Source: Novakomyces olei (Eukaryota). From it: DNA of 64,000 nt. Every line of letters begins with the position of its first letter. Position 1 is the stretch's first letter. Positions 1 through 13,511 of this stretch are shown piece after piece. A program made the position numbers and the translations under genes. Under the pieces are notes generated by a model. That model was not told where the DNA came from. It saw only the letters and a list, made by a program, of their open reading frames with translations, and searched no databases. Location: contig JADEYG010000002.1 of the NCBI GenBank assembly GCA_016906335.1, positions 806,001 through 870,000 of the forward strand, given 5' to 3'.

Positions 1-53
1 GTCCTTGCTGCCTTTGTACATATTTGCCTGTCCGTAAAAAGATCAAATCTAGT

Positions 54-95
54 AGTTGTCCAGCATTAGTTGCCCAGCATTAGTTGCCCAGCACT
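54..95. repeat. 14-bp tandem repeat (TAGTTGYCCAGCAY) x3
   Basis: Directly visible in the 3' flank of RNH203. Confidence 0.85.
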
Positions 96-177
96 TGTCT
101 ATCTGCTACTGCTGAAATCAGAACCTTTTGCACAACTAGCAAGTGCACAAACTAGTTTATGCTTTGAATTGCAAGCA

Positions 178-731
178 TCACTCATGTATCTATCGTGTCA
201 GTGCAAACGTCACAAGTCGCGACTTACGGCTGCCGCAATTTGTGGCCATTCAGTTAATCCAAGGTACCACTTGTCACTGGCCGTGTCGGGTTCATAGTCC
301 TGCTGCCAGATACGTATTTGCTTTGCGCTTTTAAGACGGGTATATGACTGTGCGGGAACAGGCTCGTCGTCAGGATCGTGCAAGCTAATTTCTGTCTGGG
401 CATTGCTCTTCTCTATACATTCCACTTTGTTTTTAATAAAAATTTTTGTACCAAGAGCACCATACATATATAGCCCGGGGGAACATCCAACTGTACTGCC
501 GCGATTTCGCGTCCACGGAATTCTGCGGTGAAGACTTGCAGGTTAAATATATTTGTTCACAGTATATCATCGCGTCCTACCTTGCTCATTATCTGCCCTT
601 CGCACCGGCTGAAAGTATGCCTCTATGCCCGCATGACGTCCATTGTAGTTTAATTTACAGGGCAAAATATCGAGATTAGCCTCCTCGCTCTTTGCTCCTT
701 CGATCACGGAGACATAATCCTGGGCAGCCAT
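178..731 (-). CDS. RNH203: Ribonuclease H2 subunit C (4 exons: 731-581, 534-466, 424-228, 189-178; 142 aa)
   Basis: Manual splicing over GT-AG introns of 46, 41 and 38 nt gives MAAQ...LDILPCKLNYNG...YF...FTAEFRGREI...VPPGY...IRIWQQDYEP...LTEWPQIAAAIHE*. This carries the LPC, FRGR and W..xAAAIH motifs of RNASEH2C/Rnh203. Summed exon length is divisible by 3. Confidence 0.85.
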
Positions 732-1034
732 AGCCCCGTGCCTTTATTTACGTGTATCGCGTCCAATTTAGACTGCATCTTCATATAATCTCTGTTACTT
801 GTAATCAAAGTCAGCAACCAAGTAACTATAGAAGCCAAAATGAAAAAGGAAGGTTGTGTAGTGCAAACCAAAGTGCGCGCAAGCTGAATAATCGTATATA
901 AATAAGGACCGAAAATATGAGCAATAAAAAAAAAAGATCTAGATAAGAATTAAACAAATAAATATATTGATAAATGTAAAAATAAATAAATAAATAGACA
1001 CTATTCAAAGGTAATAAATACTACTGCAATTGCA

Positions 1035-1755
1035 ATGGCGGAGCAAGTACGCGAACTAGTGTCCGCGATCGACTGGAGTCAAAAATCTTTATGGATTGCG
1101 ACCGCCGCTATCGCCTTTAACCCGACGTTTTGGAACGTAGTAGCGAGATTGGGTATGCCAAAAGATAGCAAATGAGCATTTTCAAGTACTTACAAGGTCA
1201 GAGTACCGAAACCATTTCTTGACACGTTTGGCGGGATCGCCTTACGCGGGCTGTTATGTACTGGCGACGACTATTTTCGGCTTGGGTTTGCTCAGAGATC
1301 ATTTTTTCAAGATTGCTCTGCTTGAGCAACCTACAACACCGGCACTGCAGAATCCCGTCTTTAAATATATTGGTGCGGGACTCTTTGCCGAAGGTGCCGT
1401 GCTCGTTACCACTTCCATGTGGCAACTCGGCGTTACCGGTACTTACCTGGGCGATTATTTTGGAATTCTTATGGACCATATCGTGACGGACTTTCCGTTT
1501 AGTGTTACGTCCAACCCAATGTACTACGGCTCGTTCCTTAGTTTTCTCGGTACTACTTTTTGGTACGGTCGGCCGGCAGGATTTTTCCTGTCGTTCTTGG
1601 TGCTTGCATTGTACTTGGTAGCGCTGAGATTTGAAGAGCCGTTTACGGCTGAAATTTATGCCAAACGTGATCGTGAGCGTAGCAAGGCCGCGGCCCAGAC
1701 ACCGACTCGAAGCAGTGGACGTTCCCGTACTCGGGCTGCCCGCAAGCTAGAGTAG
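1035..1755 (+). CDS. OPI3: Phosphatidyl-N-methylethanolamine N-methyltransferase (PEMT/Opi3); intron 1153-1201
   Basis: Spliced protein contains IAFNPTFWNVVARLEYRN, GTYLGDYFGILM, FPFSVTSNPMYYGS and FEEPFTAEIY. Confidence 0.93.
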
Positions 1756-2214
1756 CGTAAAAGTATGAAAGCCGTTGCCTAATAATTCCAGCAAATTCCT
1801 GCTGGACCACTTGGATGGACGGCGTTATGATACCTTCAACTGTATATCTACATCATATTCGCGGGCACATTATGATGGGGACTGATGAAAACTGCTTTTT
1901 GTTCAACACATTACAAATTTCGTGAAAACAAGCCATAGTATATTTGTATCTAAAAAAATAATAGACTCATGCGAAGCCAAGCTGTAATGAACTAGCCATT
2001 ATGAGTATTTTGTAACAAGATGCATTAAGCGGACAGCCATAAATCAGATACAAAACAAAAATTTAGACACAACATATGGTGCAAAATCTCCACAGACGAG
2101 GAACAAAATAAAAGCCCACAAACCCGCAAACACCATTTAAAGATAAAGATATATATCATCCGCCGATTGTCTAGTTTGTCTGTAGTTGAATCGAAAAGAA
2201 TCTTGAAAAAAGTT

Positions 2215-3125
2215 TTAAATCAGCACTGCCAACAAGACTACTGCCAAAATGACAGCTAGTATTATCAAAAGGCAGAGTAACCGTTTGCCAGCATTACGTT
2301 GATAACGTGAGGCCCGTGATAGCTGCTGATCAGCGTTCTTTGTGTGCGTTGCAGTAGACGATATATTTGACTCGATGTTGTCAAGGTTTTCACCTTGCTC
2401 AGTGACGATGGTCCCAAGATCACGGAATATTTCATTTAATTCGGTTATGCCCGTCTCGATGTCCTGAATTTCTCGTTCCCGCTCAGCAATCAGATTCTCA
2501 TTCATAGTAATTTGAGAATCATCTACCAAGACTTGCTGCGCTCCATGGCTCTGTTGCCACGCCGAAGTCGCATCGTCCGGCGACTGCTGAGCCCCAACAG
2601 AGTCCTGGGCCAAAGCTGCTTCCTGCTCCGCGACTGCCTGTTTAGCAGTAGACACAAACTGCCGCTCCTTCTCGGCAGCGACCTTTTGTACGCTTTGAAA
2701 TCGTTGAACAACACTTTGAAAGTCACGTGTAAGTTTGCTCTTTAATGAATTAGCATTATAGGTCAAAGGTGTGGGTACAATCTAACCTGTGAAAACCGGG
2801 CGGCATCTCCGCCAGCTGCCTCAATATCAAACTTGTTGAGCCGTCGCAAATCGTCTGTCGTAGAACGAACGAGCTCTCGGCTACTGTCAAGAGTCGTGCG
2901 TAATCGCTCGCGTACTTCTGCCGTTTCCTGGCGACTATCGCCCAGAGACCCAAGCATTCGCTGAATCTGGGCTACATTTGCGGAGACCCCGTAAATTGCT
3001 TGGGAGATCCTGTGTGCAAGCGCGGCAAACTCCCGCATCGTGCTGTCTGCCTTGGCAGAATTGCTGCTCAGTGGGACGGGTCCTCCACGGGAACCGCCCG
3101 ACTCAAGATCATCTGCAAACGACAT
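2215..3125 (-). CDS. PEP12: Endosomal/vacuolar syntaxin (Pep12/Vam3, syntaxin-7/12 family); intron 2786-2740
   Basis: Habc-like helices, Qa SNARE motif EREREIQDIETGITELNEIFRDLGTIVTEQGENLDNIE and a C-terminal TM anchor. Pep12 vs Vam3 orthology is not resolved. Confidence 0.8.
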
Positions 3126-3602
3126 TGTATGGCAAATAAAGGAGGCGGTTAGGTTAATAGGTGGCGATGCGTTTGTACAAATACAATGAGGATAACAATT
3201 TAACTCAACCACTAGTCGCGCTATAATATGTAAATTTAATGTGTGAATATATTAGAATATTCATACCTGAGAGTATGTGCTCCGACAAGATAAACAAATT
3301 GAAAATAAAGTAACCTTTTAGTGACAGCCTATTTAAGTCACGACACTAATCAAACTGCGACGGATGAGCACAGTGGTATCAGCGGTGACTTTGCCTAATC
3401 GTTCGATGGGCACGAGACTCCTTATATTCAGTACAGATATTATTAGGAGTTGTCCAGATAAAAATTACTTTACTATTAGGGGTTAGTTAGGATTCAATAG
3501 AGATTATTCAATGACACAATTATTACAATAATTATTTGCCGTCCAAGTGCCCCTGCAATATCAATCTCTTGATAATCGCACATCACCGTGTACCAAGATG
3601 CA

Positions 3603-4515
3603 ATGAATGACAATTTCAAGGCCGCGCTAGAAGCGGTCAAAATTCCCGACCCCGATCATATTATAGAAAGTGTGCTTGCTGTAGCTTCAGATTGTACAGA
3701 GAAACACGTTCGGCGGGCGCGAGAACTGCTGACGCAGAATGTTATGCAATCAGATGCGTTCGAGGTATAGATAAAAGTCTAACTTTGCTGATTTAAATTA
3801 ACCCATTTTTAAGGAGACGTTTATGAATTGGTTTTACTCGATTATAATGGATCTCGACAATTTTCGTTCAAGGCTCAATTTGCTCTACTTGTACAGCGAC
3901 TTGCTGCACTATGTGACAAAACGAAGCGCTTCTACCCCAGAACATGCTGCTACAGTATTACGGACCGGTGCGCTGCGGCTGTTGAGGGCTGCATATCATA
4001 TGACTGATGCGAAAACGGATAAAGTCATTGCGCTTATTGATATATGGGAACGCAATGGCTGCATACCAGCGCCGAGTGCGCAAGGCTTGCGTGTTGGAGT
4101 AAAAATTCCTCTGCCTCCGCCAAGAAATTCAGTTGAATCGCCTAAAGCCGTAGAGCGTGAAACAAAAGAGATTTTGGCTCATGTCCCCACTATTCATGGA
4201 CTACCAAAAGAACCTTACTGGCAATTACCAGCCGGCTGCATGATCGATGCTGTCAAGGCGACGCGTGTGAATTTAGGCGCGTATTCACCTGTGGACAGTC
4301 GTGCGGTAAATGCGGTTTCATTGACCATTCCACCGTCTCTCGAGATGCAAAGAGCGGTACATGGCTTTTTTGAAAATGTTGTAGACAATGATTCTGCTAC
4401 GGCTGATGAAACATCGTCGCGCCTGGGGCAGTGGCATTTTTGCGAGCAGGACAACGAGAGCTTTATGCGTACATACGACGGCTGGTCTCCAAATTTCATG
4501 AACCAACTGTCATAA
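3603..4515 (+). CDS. CID (CTD-interacting)-domain protein, CHERP/SCAF6-like; intron 3765-3813
   Basis: DCT...RLNLLYLYSDLLH...IDIWE resembles a CID fold. PYWQLPAGCM...YSPVD...PPS...AVHGFF...DGW resembles the conserved mid-region of CHERP as I recall it. Confidence 0.65.
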
Positions 4516-4686
4516 ATTTATTAATATTTAAATCGCATATTAATGCCAGGTGATAATGTCTTGTATATTGCACCGCAAAAAGATTCGGCACTTGGAGCTT
4601 ATATATATTATCGCCAAATAATTATGTGTCGAACGGATCATTTTGGCTGTGAAGTTGTAATTGTGTAAATAAAAATGCAGAAGCAG

Positions 4687-4703
4687 AACCCTAACTAACC
4701 CTA
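4687..4703 (+). promoter_or_regulatory. AACCCTAACTAACCCTA element upstream of HRI1
   Basis: Exact copy of the recurrent 17-mer. Confidence 0.7.
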
Positions 4704-5018
4704 TTTAATTATTTAAACTTATATATGTTAGGTTGACATTGACAGATGCTTCTTCACAATCATCAATAATCTAAACATAATGTACATTAACCATAGAGGC
4801 AAATGACCAGATCAGACTTCCCCCCATCGAATATCATAGATTATTTTGCGGCGGCTAATGAACGCATTACATACGGTTTGCGGGACGACTATGATAGAGT
4901 GCAACCGGCTTGAAAGCTGGCCGGCAGCTCTTCCGAATACGGAATAGTAAAACAAATATATAAAGAATAAATGATATCATGAACAATACGCGGACACAAC
5001 CAAAGTATTAGTTGAGTA

Positions 5019-5693
5019 ATGGCATCCATACAAACCCGCGAGAGCATCAAATGGGGCGATGGGGCCCCTTCCGAGCCAACAGACACAATTGTGTTGTCGG
5101 GCAAAACGTGGTACTTGGATCTTCGAATCAATGTTAAAGACGACACAATTGATTGGGGAATGGCGGGGGAGATAATTCGCTATGAGGGCGGAAAGCGCAG
5201 GTATGCCATTTAATGCTTATTTCAGTTGGTCACTTGCTACGTCTTCTTACGTCTTAGATTTACACATGAGGTCGACTCGCGAGGCGATACTGATATCCTT
5301 GACGAAGGTCTTTTCACAAGTATAGGTGAAAACCTGGACAAAGAAAACGGAAATGCCGTTAACCCCGCGACCGGAAAGAAGGAAGCGCTGGAAGAAATTT
5401 GGAAGCATGTGAATCTGGGCGACTCGCCCAAGCTTGCAATTTTGCGGGCCGAAGACGAGCGAGGAATTTATTTTATTGGCCGTGTCAATGACGACTGCGT
5501 CTCTATGGAAGCCACTAATGGTGAAGGGTTTTCCTACCGACGTGCTTTCTATGACGGACAAAACTGGCTAGTAAAGTACGAAGGTGGCATTAATACCACA
5601 CCTCTGTTGCATGAGTGGCCTGTGGGCTATAAGCTGGGTGATTCTTTCTATTGGAAGAATCGCGAATGGAAAATCGTCGAGCTGGCCTTGTAG
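5019..5693 (+). CDS. HRI1: HRI1 family protein; intron 5201-5257
   Basis: RESIKWG...SEPTDTIVL...YLDLR...DWGMAG...FTHEVDS...E.G...NPATG...EEIW is the HRI1-type pattern. Confidence 0.8.
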
Positions 5694-6374
5694 TTGAGCT
5701 ATTAATTCCCAATTTTGATATCAATGTTTGTGAACTGCTGCTGTAGGGACGTCAGCTTATGTTTGATTTGATTTGCAAAGCTCATAGTCAAAGCTTAATC
5801 TTATTATACTTTGTTTTAGAAATTTATGTGGTGTATAATTTTCATTTGGGGAGTGATAAATGCGTCATCTGCATGAAAAGCCTTTTTCAAGGAAAGAATG
5901 TATATCGGAATACTGTAGGTCCAAATTGGTCGCTACAAAACATTAGTTTAGCAGCTATACATGAGTCTGAAGACAGAATACAATGCAGCCTCCCGGCTTG
6001 CACAGAGATTAGAATTTCACAATTTGATTTGAATTTTCTAAACAATATTTTTGGTTTTGGTTCTTTCACCTTTTTCTATGCACAGCAGAAGATTATATAA
6101 AAATGGGGTTTTAGCCCATTATCTATGACACGAGCAGGATCTCGCCACTCAAAAGCTCTATCAATGTGGAATTTAACCCTAACCATCGTCTTGTTGACAA
6201 AGGACAAATAAAGCTTTAACCCTAAACAAACCTAATAATATTGGATGGGTTCAATAAGAACATTAATAATATACGGGCGCAATGGTGCTTATCGAAAATA
6301 ATGTAATTATCTGACATCTCGTAAGCAAAGCAACCCTTATCGTAGATGAAGAGCTCACAACTTCCAAGACTCAA

Positions 6375-9300
6375 ATGACGGCTTCTTCGCCACTAAGGCG
6401 TAGTCGCTCTGCGGCACAATTGGACTCTGGAGAGACAGACAAGTCAGGTGGCTTTACTGAAATTGAGCGACAAGGATTTATTCGAAGAGCTCGAGATTTT
6501 GGCAAAAGCTCGATTTGGGTCTTAAAAACAGGCCTGGAGCCATGCTACGGGTGGATAAAACCAAAATTGAATTGGCCTTCGATCAAGATTGTTCTAAGGG
6601 CTAGTATCTCAGCATGGTGCGGCATGATTCTTATTCTAGACCGCATGACTCTGAATTTTCTTGGGCAAGCCTCGTTTCTAGTGCTCGTTATCGCCATGCT
6701 GGAGTCTTGTGATCGGCCGTTGGGTACGAGGGAGTCGTATGTTATTGCATCTAACTTTGGCAGGCAGCGTACTGTGGACCACTTTCTATTCCCTCACATT
6801 GATCTGCAGTGCCTGGGCTTGGGCAGTAGTAGGCCTCCGAATTGCACATGGTACCGTTTGATTCCTGACATCATTGATTCTAAGTTTAAACTAACGCCAA
6901 ACCTTTTGAAGCCTCTCGAACTGTTAAAACGGACGCTCAGGCTCTTCGACATTTGCTTGCGATCGGTATAGACTGTACGCAGAGCGACACTGCACAATGT
7001 TTACAAGAAAATGTGTTTAGGGCGAATTTTGTCGAATTTAATGCGTCTGCGGTCTGTATGGTCTTTCTCGTGGTTGGCTGCACTGCTACGGTACGAAATT
7101 GTTGCTCATCAAAAGAAATGGGCAATCAGTGTCATTTTCAAATTAGTCTGTCATTATTTCTCGATTTTGAGCCTTTTTTCGGCTTTTCTTCTTTTTTATT
7201 GATCTGTCTTCATATATATTCGCCTAAATAATGTCATTCACTAACATGCAAGGTTGTTGTCAAACAGAAATATCTCCATCTACGCATGAGCAGTGTTTTG
7301 GCCACAATTTGTCTCATGGTATGTTTTACTAGCGGTGCCCTCATGTACCGATTTGACCCCCTGATTGGTCAAATATTTGTGCTACCAGCTGTCTGCCAGT
7401 TTGCTATTAATATAGCAACGGCCTGTATTGTGTTTCCCGAGACGGTAAACCACCGTTTGCTTTTGGTACTCAATCGTTTAGTCGACAGTTTACAGGATTA
7501 CACAAGCCTGCACGAACGCTTGATTGGTATTGAACCGACAAGCCAAGACTGGGCTGGTGCAAAAGATTTGGATGATAAATTCTCCGCTGTAAAGCAAATG
7601 GCTTTGCCTTTGGCTCTACTTGACTCCTATCTGGACAAGGAGTTCACCTTTTCGCGCCTGGGCCCGAAGGATATCCGTGAAGTTGCTGCGGATGTGCAAG
7701 ACGTCATATCTGCGAATGCAGCATTTGGCTTCTTTTTCGGTCTTGTCAGTAACAATTTGAGCATTTTTCACGGAATAACAAGGGACAAGGAGGACGATTT
7801 TTACGAGGCTTATGCCAGTGCAGGTGCAGCGGCTGTTGGCAGTGAATCTAGGTCTCAAAGCCATACGAACCTGCACAATCAAGACCAAATGAGTGCAGCA
7901 CCAGATTCTCCATCAATCAATCCCGCGTCTAACCACCCTTCTCCTCATCTTCAGCCCACGAATCTGCAATTGAGGAATCGTGCCCTTGATTCGTCACACG
8001 AATCACTGGCTTCTTTCGCTGCTGCTGCGGCCGCTGCTGCTCATAGCGCAACACCGAGCAAGAAAAAGTCGCATAAATTACTGCCGTCGTTGTTACAGGA
8101 TGCTCTGTCCCATACTTACCGACCTGTTGGGCTGTTACAGGCTCAGCAGTATATGGATTTAGAGGCAATTTTAACTACTCCTGAAGAGCGAGCCAAATTA
8201 GTAAATGTGGTACACGAGCTTCGTGATGCTACAGGTGAAGTATGGCAGGCCTGTGGATCGGCACTGTCCGCGATTCATGAATGGATAAACGACTGCAATT
8301 CTGATCGTCTTGCCTACCTCTTTAAAACTCATGATCAGAAAGCACAGTTGCGCAAATTTGAAGAAGCAAAATCACGGTTGCAATCGGCTTACGCCGAGTT
8401 CAAGAGCATTAAAAGGCTTAAAGTCGTACAGCCTTACCACGATTATTTTACCAGGCATGCTTATACTCAAGACTTTTCCTATCGACCGCTGTTCCATGCC
8501 TTCTTCTACGAGTTTCAGGTCATAAAGCTTGTAGACAGGCTTCTGAAACTTTGCACAACCTGTGCCCGTATTGAAGCAAAACGTGGGCGTAAAAGACTGT
8601 GGTACCCAACGGGAACGGTAAAGTTTCTTTGGCTTTTTGAGCATAAACAGGGCTCGACAATATTTGCCTCTGAGCAAGAAGAAGATGACCAGCAGGTAGA
8701 CCCGGAGAGCACAGAGTTTGCAATCGAAACTCTGGCTACAGAGCAGCGCAACCCAGAAGCCCTGCCGCCTACAAAAGTAAGGCATTTATTAGGCTCAGCT
8801 TTTGTCCGACTGCACAGACTCGTTACGGGTTCACAGGGCGTATTCATCATGAGAGCAATGGCACTAATTGCCCTCATAACTTTCCCCGCCTTTTACAGGG
8901 ACTCGGCCAGTTTTTTTTATGATCAGCGGGGCCTGTGGGTCGTTATTATATCCGTCCTGACTTATGCGCCCTACAACGGGGACACTTCATACGGCTTTAT
9001 CACGAAACTGCTGGGATCATTGCTTGGATGCCTGGCGGGTATGGTTTGCTGGTACGTTGGAGGCAACTCTCATGGCAATGGGACACCTTATGGGTTCGCT
9101 GCCGCTATGGCTCCAGGCCTTTTTGCCGCCTTTTTCGTACGTGTTCATTACATTTATATCTCGCCAATGCCGGGTATAATATTCGGGGTCACGTTTTGCC
9201 TGATTACGGGCTATTCGTGGCAGAATAAACACTTGCCCATCTCTAGCAGTATAACTTACGCTGGGTGGGAAGTAGCCTGGCGCCGATTTGTTGCGGTCAG

Positions 9301-10270
9301 TATCGGACTCGGGGCTACTTTTGTCTTTTCATTTATTCCCAGGCCGATAACTGCTCGGCACCATGTCCGGCTGATGTACTCCAAGACAATCAGCCGACTG
9401 GCGGGAGTGCACTGTGCCGTCTTCAATCTCTCGGCTTACAACAATAGCAGTAGTAATGGTAGAAACAACTCTGAGCATCAGCGTCAGGTAGACGAAATGC
9501 TGAGGGATTGTAACCTTGTGCGTGCGAAATTGCTGGCTTCAAGGCAGAACCTGGTAATGGCTCATTTTGAGCCTGAATTGGAAGGCAAATGGCCGGCTGG
9601 ATTGTACCAAGATTTGTACAAAGTACAGTTTGAGCTTATTGAGCTGTACAAGACGATGATTGAAGTCTTGCAGAGTGACTTTCCTCCTGACTGGGCTCGG
9701 GCACTGATGATCCGAACGGGCTGGGCGGACAACAGGTTTGTGGCTGATCAGCTGGCCGTCATGTACATGTGCTGCAATGCGTTACGTACAGGAGACGCTC
9801 TTCCACAAATCACTCCTGGTCCTTTGATTGAGAGATACTACAACATTGTCTATGGGTTCTCTGTCGTGATGTCAGCCAGCGGAAATACTACGGATCATTC
9901 ATCTTCTTACTCCCATTTGTTTCACGATCTGCCGGCACAAGTTTCATACGCGAGCCTGCACGATCCAAACTATGCAAAACTCGCGGTTGGCTGTACGACT
10001 TCGTTTGCTATAATAAACAGACTCGACCGGCTCATGTTTATTACGAAACGATTAGTGGGAGAGAAGTTTCAGGTGCACACCCACGTTTACAGCTTGAACA
10101 ACCGCGATCATGCCAGTAGCACAAGGCTTATGGAGGATCGTGATCGCATGAATCAGCAACAGAACGGAAATGATCAGAGTGGAAAGGATCAGAATGGAAA
10201 GGATCATCAAAGGCCGTCTAGACGGTTTTTCGTAGAGGACGAGCCTGGTCATTTGCATGAGGATGTTTGA
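6375..10270 (+). CDS. Multi-pass ArAE/FUSC-type (BRE4-like, putative ER 6TM) membrane transporter; three 5' introns
   Basis: N-terminal TM cluster rebuilt across introns near 6724, 6851 and 7091; long soluble region; second TM cluster (RGLWVVI...GWEVAWRRFVAVSIG) followed by FEPELEGKWP..Y. Confidence 0.75.
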
Positions 10271-10685
10271 TTTGTAGATTGTGTATTTTGTTTGTATTTT
10301 TGCACTCGTGTGTTTTGTGTCATTGGCGATAGAAAAGGTTGCAAGCGGTGTTTATGACTAAATTGATTAATTTCTCCATGTGCTTTGAGTTACGGATTAG
10401 GTTTGTGACATGATGGTGTTGACTTCACCTGTTCTTTCGTCGGCTCCTAATTGGCCCCTAATGCCTTTCACTATTGCTATTCGGGCTTCCTTGGTTTTCA
10501 GAATTCATTGTTATATAAATATTTGTTGTATTCAGGCTCTGGGGCCAAACGAATTTTGACTACAAACAATTGATCTGGCTTATTTACAAGCTGCAATTTC
10601 ACATACAATAGATGCCGAATAAAAGGTTACAGGAAATAATAGAGCAATAAAATTTGTTTATAAAGATGCAACATGATGAAGTTAT

Positions 10686-12955
10686 TTACATGCGTGCCCT
10701 GATTGCCTCAAGACGGTACTTTATATCCCGACCGGCTCGAGTAGTCGGCATCCAATCATCAAACTCGCTTTGCAGCATAGCAATATCAGAGACATAATAC
10801 CCGCGAACAAGAGGGTCGCTCATAAGGCTGTTCATAGCCCACGGTAATAGGAATGGGTTCGTATTGAGCCCGTGGTGTTCCATGGCAAACACGGCCGGAC
10901 TACCAGCTGGAGGTGCTTCTGTTTCTAAAGCGTGCTGTACAGCTTGCATGTATACCATCTCCTCATCGCTGGAATTGTTAGAAAATGAAATAAGATAAAA
11001 CTGAATCAAATAGAATAAAATACAACAACATAAAATAAAATAAAGCAAAACAACCCTCTTTTTCTTCATAAACACGGAGCAAAAGCCAGGAATAATTTCA
11101 GAACAAGATTCACACTTACTATAATCTAGAATGACCCTCCCCAGCATACAAATTTCCCGCCAGTGGCGCAGAAAGCTGGTCTATAATACCATGGTCAGAG
11201 CCACCGGCGTCTCTCAGTTTAAGAACAAACGCAATAAGCCGAGCAACAAAATCATCCTGGTGAATCCGGCCGTTTATGAATACCAGTCGATGGACACTCG
11301 GGTGGCTTAGTGTTGTAAACATCGACGAGTAGAGCGGAACGACTTGATCGTCGATCGAGCCTGGTATTAGAGCTGACAAAATAAAGTATAATGAAAAAGT
11401 TGGAAACAGCAAGAAGAGCAAGACAGCAAAAAGACAAAGTAGAATAATAGAATTTAAAAACAAATGAGCGCCATTACCAGCTAGAGTAAGGCGAAAGTTT
11501 GGACGTGACAAGCACTTTGCTATAGCATCCCTATACGCTGCAGAAACTTCGCTCTCCGGTTTGAGATAGTCTTTATCGTTAGCAAAATGGTGGAGAATAT
11601 TGTAGCGTCGAAAATACCATAAATTTCTCTTGAAGCTTGGCTTTCCAGGGCGCCGTAAGCACGCAGAAAGTAATTCTCTTCGAGCTTTGGCATAGCACCT
11701 AAATGAATACCAGCAAGACAAAGCACATTGACCGCTGAATTAGGCCCTAACGCCCCGGCTTGAGAGAGCAAAAGAGCCGCTAAATGAACTGCCACCGGCG
11801 ATCCTTGTGAATGAGCAACAAACCAAACAAAGTCTGCTTCCCGTATAGCAGCCGCGTTTTCGGCCTCTTGAATCTGTTGCCAAAACCTTTCTACTCGTGT
11901 CGCCACGCGTCCATCACACACGAGTTCAATACGCGTAACTTTCACATCTGATCCTTTATGAAGCGCTCCCTTCTCTTTATTCCAAACGTGAACGGCTGCT
12001 TCTGCTTTTGCAGCCAAGCGGGCTGAAGTGCCTCGTGGCTTTCCGACTACGTGCTGCACCATTTTAATAGGAAAATACCCGTGTACACCAATCACAACTG
12101 CCTTGCGAATAGGCTGTGGCCGTGATTTGAGAGGCAATGGACGGGGTACAGGCCGCATTAAAGCCCAGACTGGTTGTAAAGTGCGAGTTAAAAAACTGCC
12201 CGTGCTATGAGCACCAAAACAGTCTTCAAATTTGGGTAAAACGTGGTTCTGTACGGGCGTAACTGCCGCAGCTGCATCAGTGCTTTGACCAGCTTTTATT
12301 TGCTTAATACTGTTGGCAGCTGGAAGCGAGGATACACTATTACCGGCCCAGCGATAAAGACTAGTTATACGCTGCATGTAGCCCGCATTATCATCGTTGG
12401 CTCTAACATCTTGCTCTTGCAGATTGCCTTTCCCACTGAGCAATTCAGTTTCCGCATTGTGATCAGTACCCGATGACGCTCTTGACCTCGGCGACGTTCC
12501 TACCAGATCTGCATTAGTATTGGCAGTGTCCTGTACGGTAGAAAAGCCAAGCGTTTTCTCGTTGCTTTTAGCGTCCTGTCCATCTTTGCTGCTGACCTTT
12601 TTGCCGTTGGGATCTCGTTGAGACGGGGTCGCTGGCTCCGTGTCTGACTTTGTACCAGATTCACGCAGGTCCACTTTATCTGGATTATTAGCTTCACTGT
12701 CAGCTGCCTCTGTTTCCGCAGCAGTACCCTGATCTGCTTTGCTGCTTGCTTCCCCTGCTATATTCTGAGTTTCATGCTCTTTGGCCTCGTGTCTCGCGCC
12801 ATCGTCACGACTGGCCTGCTCGCGCTCCAAATCATAAGCAGTCTTGATCTCTTGAGCATTCGGCCAGTACGCATACCAGAGCCCGCCTATTCGTTCGCGC
12901 AGACTAGTGCCACTTCCGTCATCGTTGGGCATTGAGAGACTCACTTTTGGCACAT
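10686..12955 (-). CDS. YML020W-like uncharacterised alpha/beta-hydrolase-like protein; at least 3 introns (start is 12955 via a short intron, or 12932)
   Basis: KAVVIGVHGYFP, GTSARLA, VAHSQGSPV, LAGIHLG, GSIDDQVVPLYS, GEGHSRLY and NPFLLPWAM join in frame after removing GT-AG introns. Confidence 0.8.
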
Positions 12956-13146
12956 GTTATTCTCCACTCAACACGCGCCCTTCGCTACTTGCTACAAGTC
13001 GGTTCTTTGTCCGTTTGCATGTGAATGACGTTTTGCCGTACTTTTTAGTACGATATTATTACGCTGTAAATCTCGCTATTTATCCTTGTGATGTAATAAT
13101 GGCCGTTAATCCAATCGCGATAATACCCACTACACGCTAAAGAGTC

Positions 13147-13163
13147 TAGGGTTAGTTAGGGTT
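13147..13163 (-). promoter_or_regulatory. AACCCTAACTAACCCTA element between divergent YML020W-like and SEN34
   Basis: TAGGGTTAGTTAGGGTT, the exact reverse complement. Confidence 0.7.
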
Positions 13164-13511
13164 ATGTATATGGCCATAAGTAATGGCACGTTAGCAATCA
13201 TCTATCGCTGCGCAATATAATATGATAAATTTAAACGAATTATAAAATTGCTTCGTCCAACCAGTGAAAAACAAGTATGGCGGCAAAGGAAGGGCCATGA
13301 GAGAACGCTCATAATGGAGTCAATCAAGTCTGTGTTGCGATATAGAGTTTAGGCTTCCGCATGGATGCAGGTACGTAATCATGTGTGTCTTCAGGCAAGC
13401 AAGACGTGATTATACAATACATTTTTAATCTGTCAATCCGCTGAATCCTTCATAAATTTGATGGGGATGACGACAATAATGTTTTGAGAATGATCTTGCA
13501 AAAAATTGTCT

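Noticed and set aside
11119-11721. Apparent frameshifts between overlapping ORFs of the YML020W-like gene
   Set aside because: Explained by GT-AG introns with branch sites; no pseudogene or programmed frameshift is needed.
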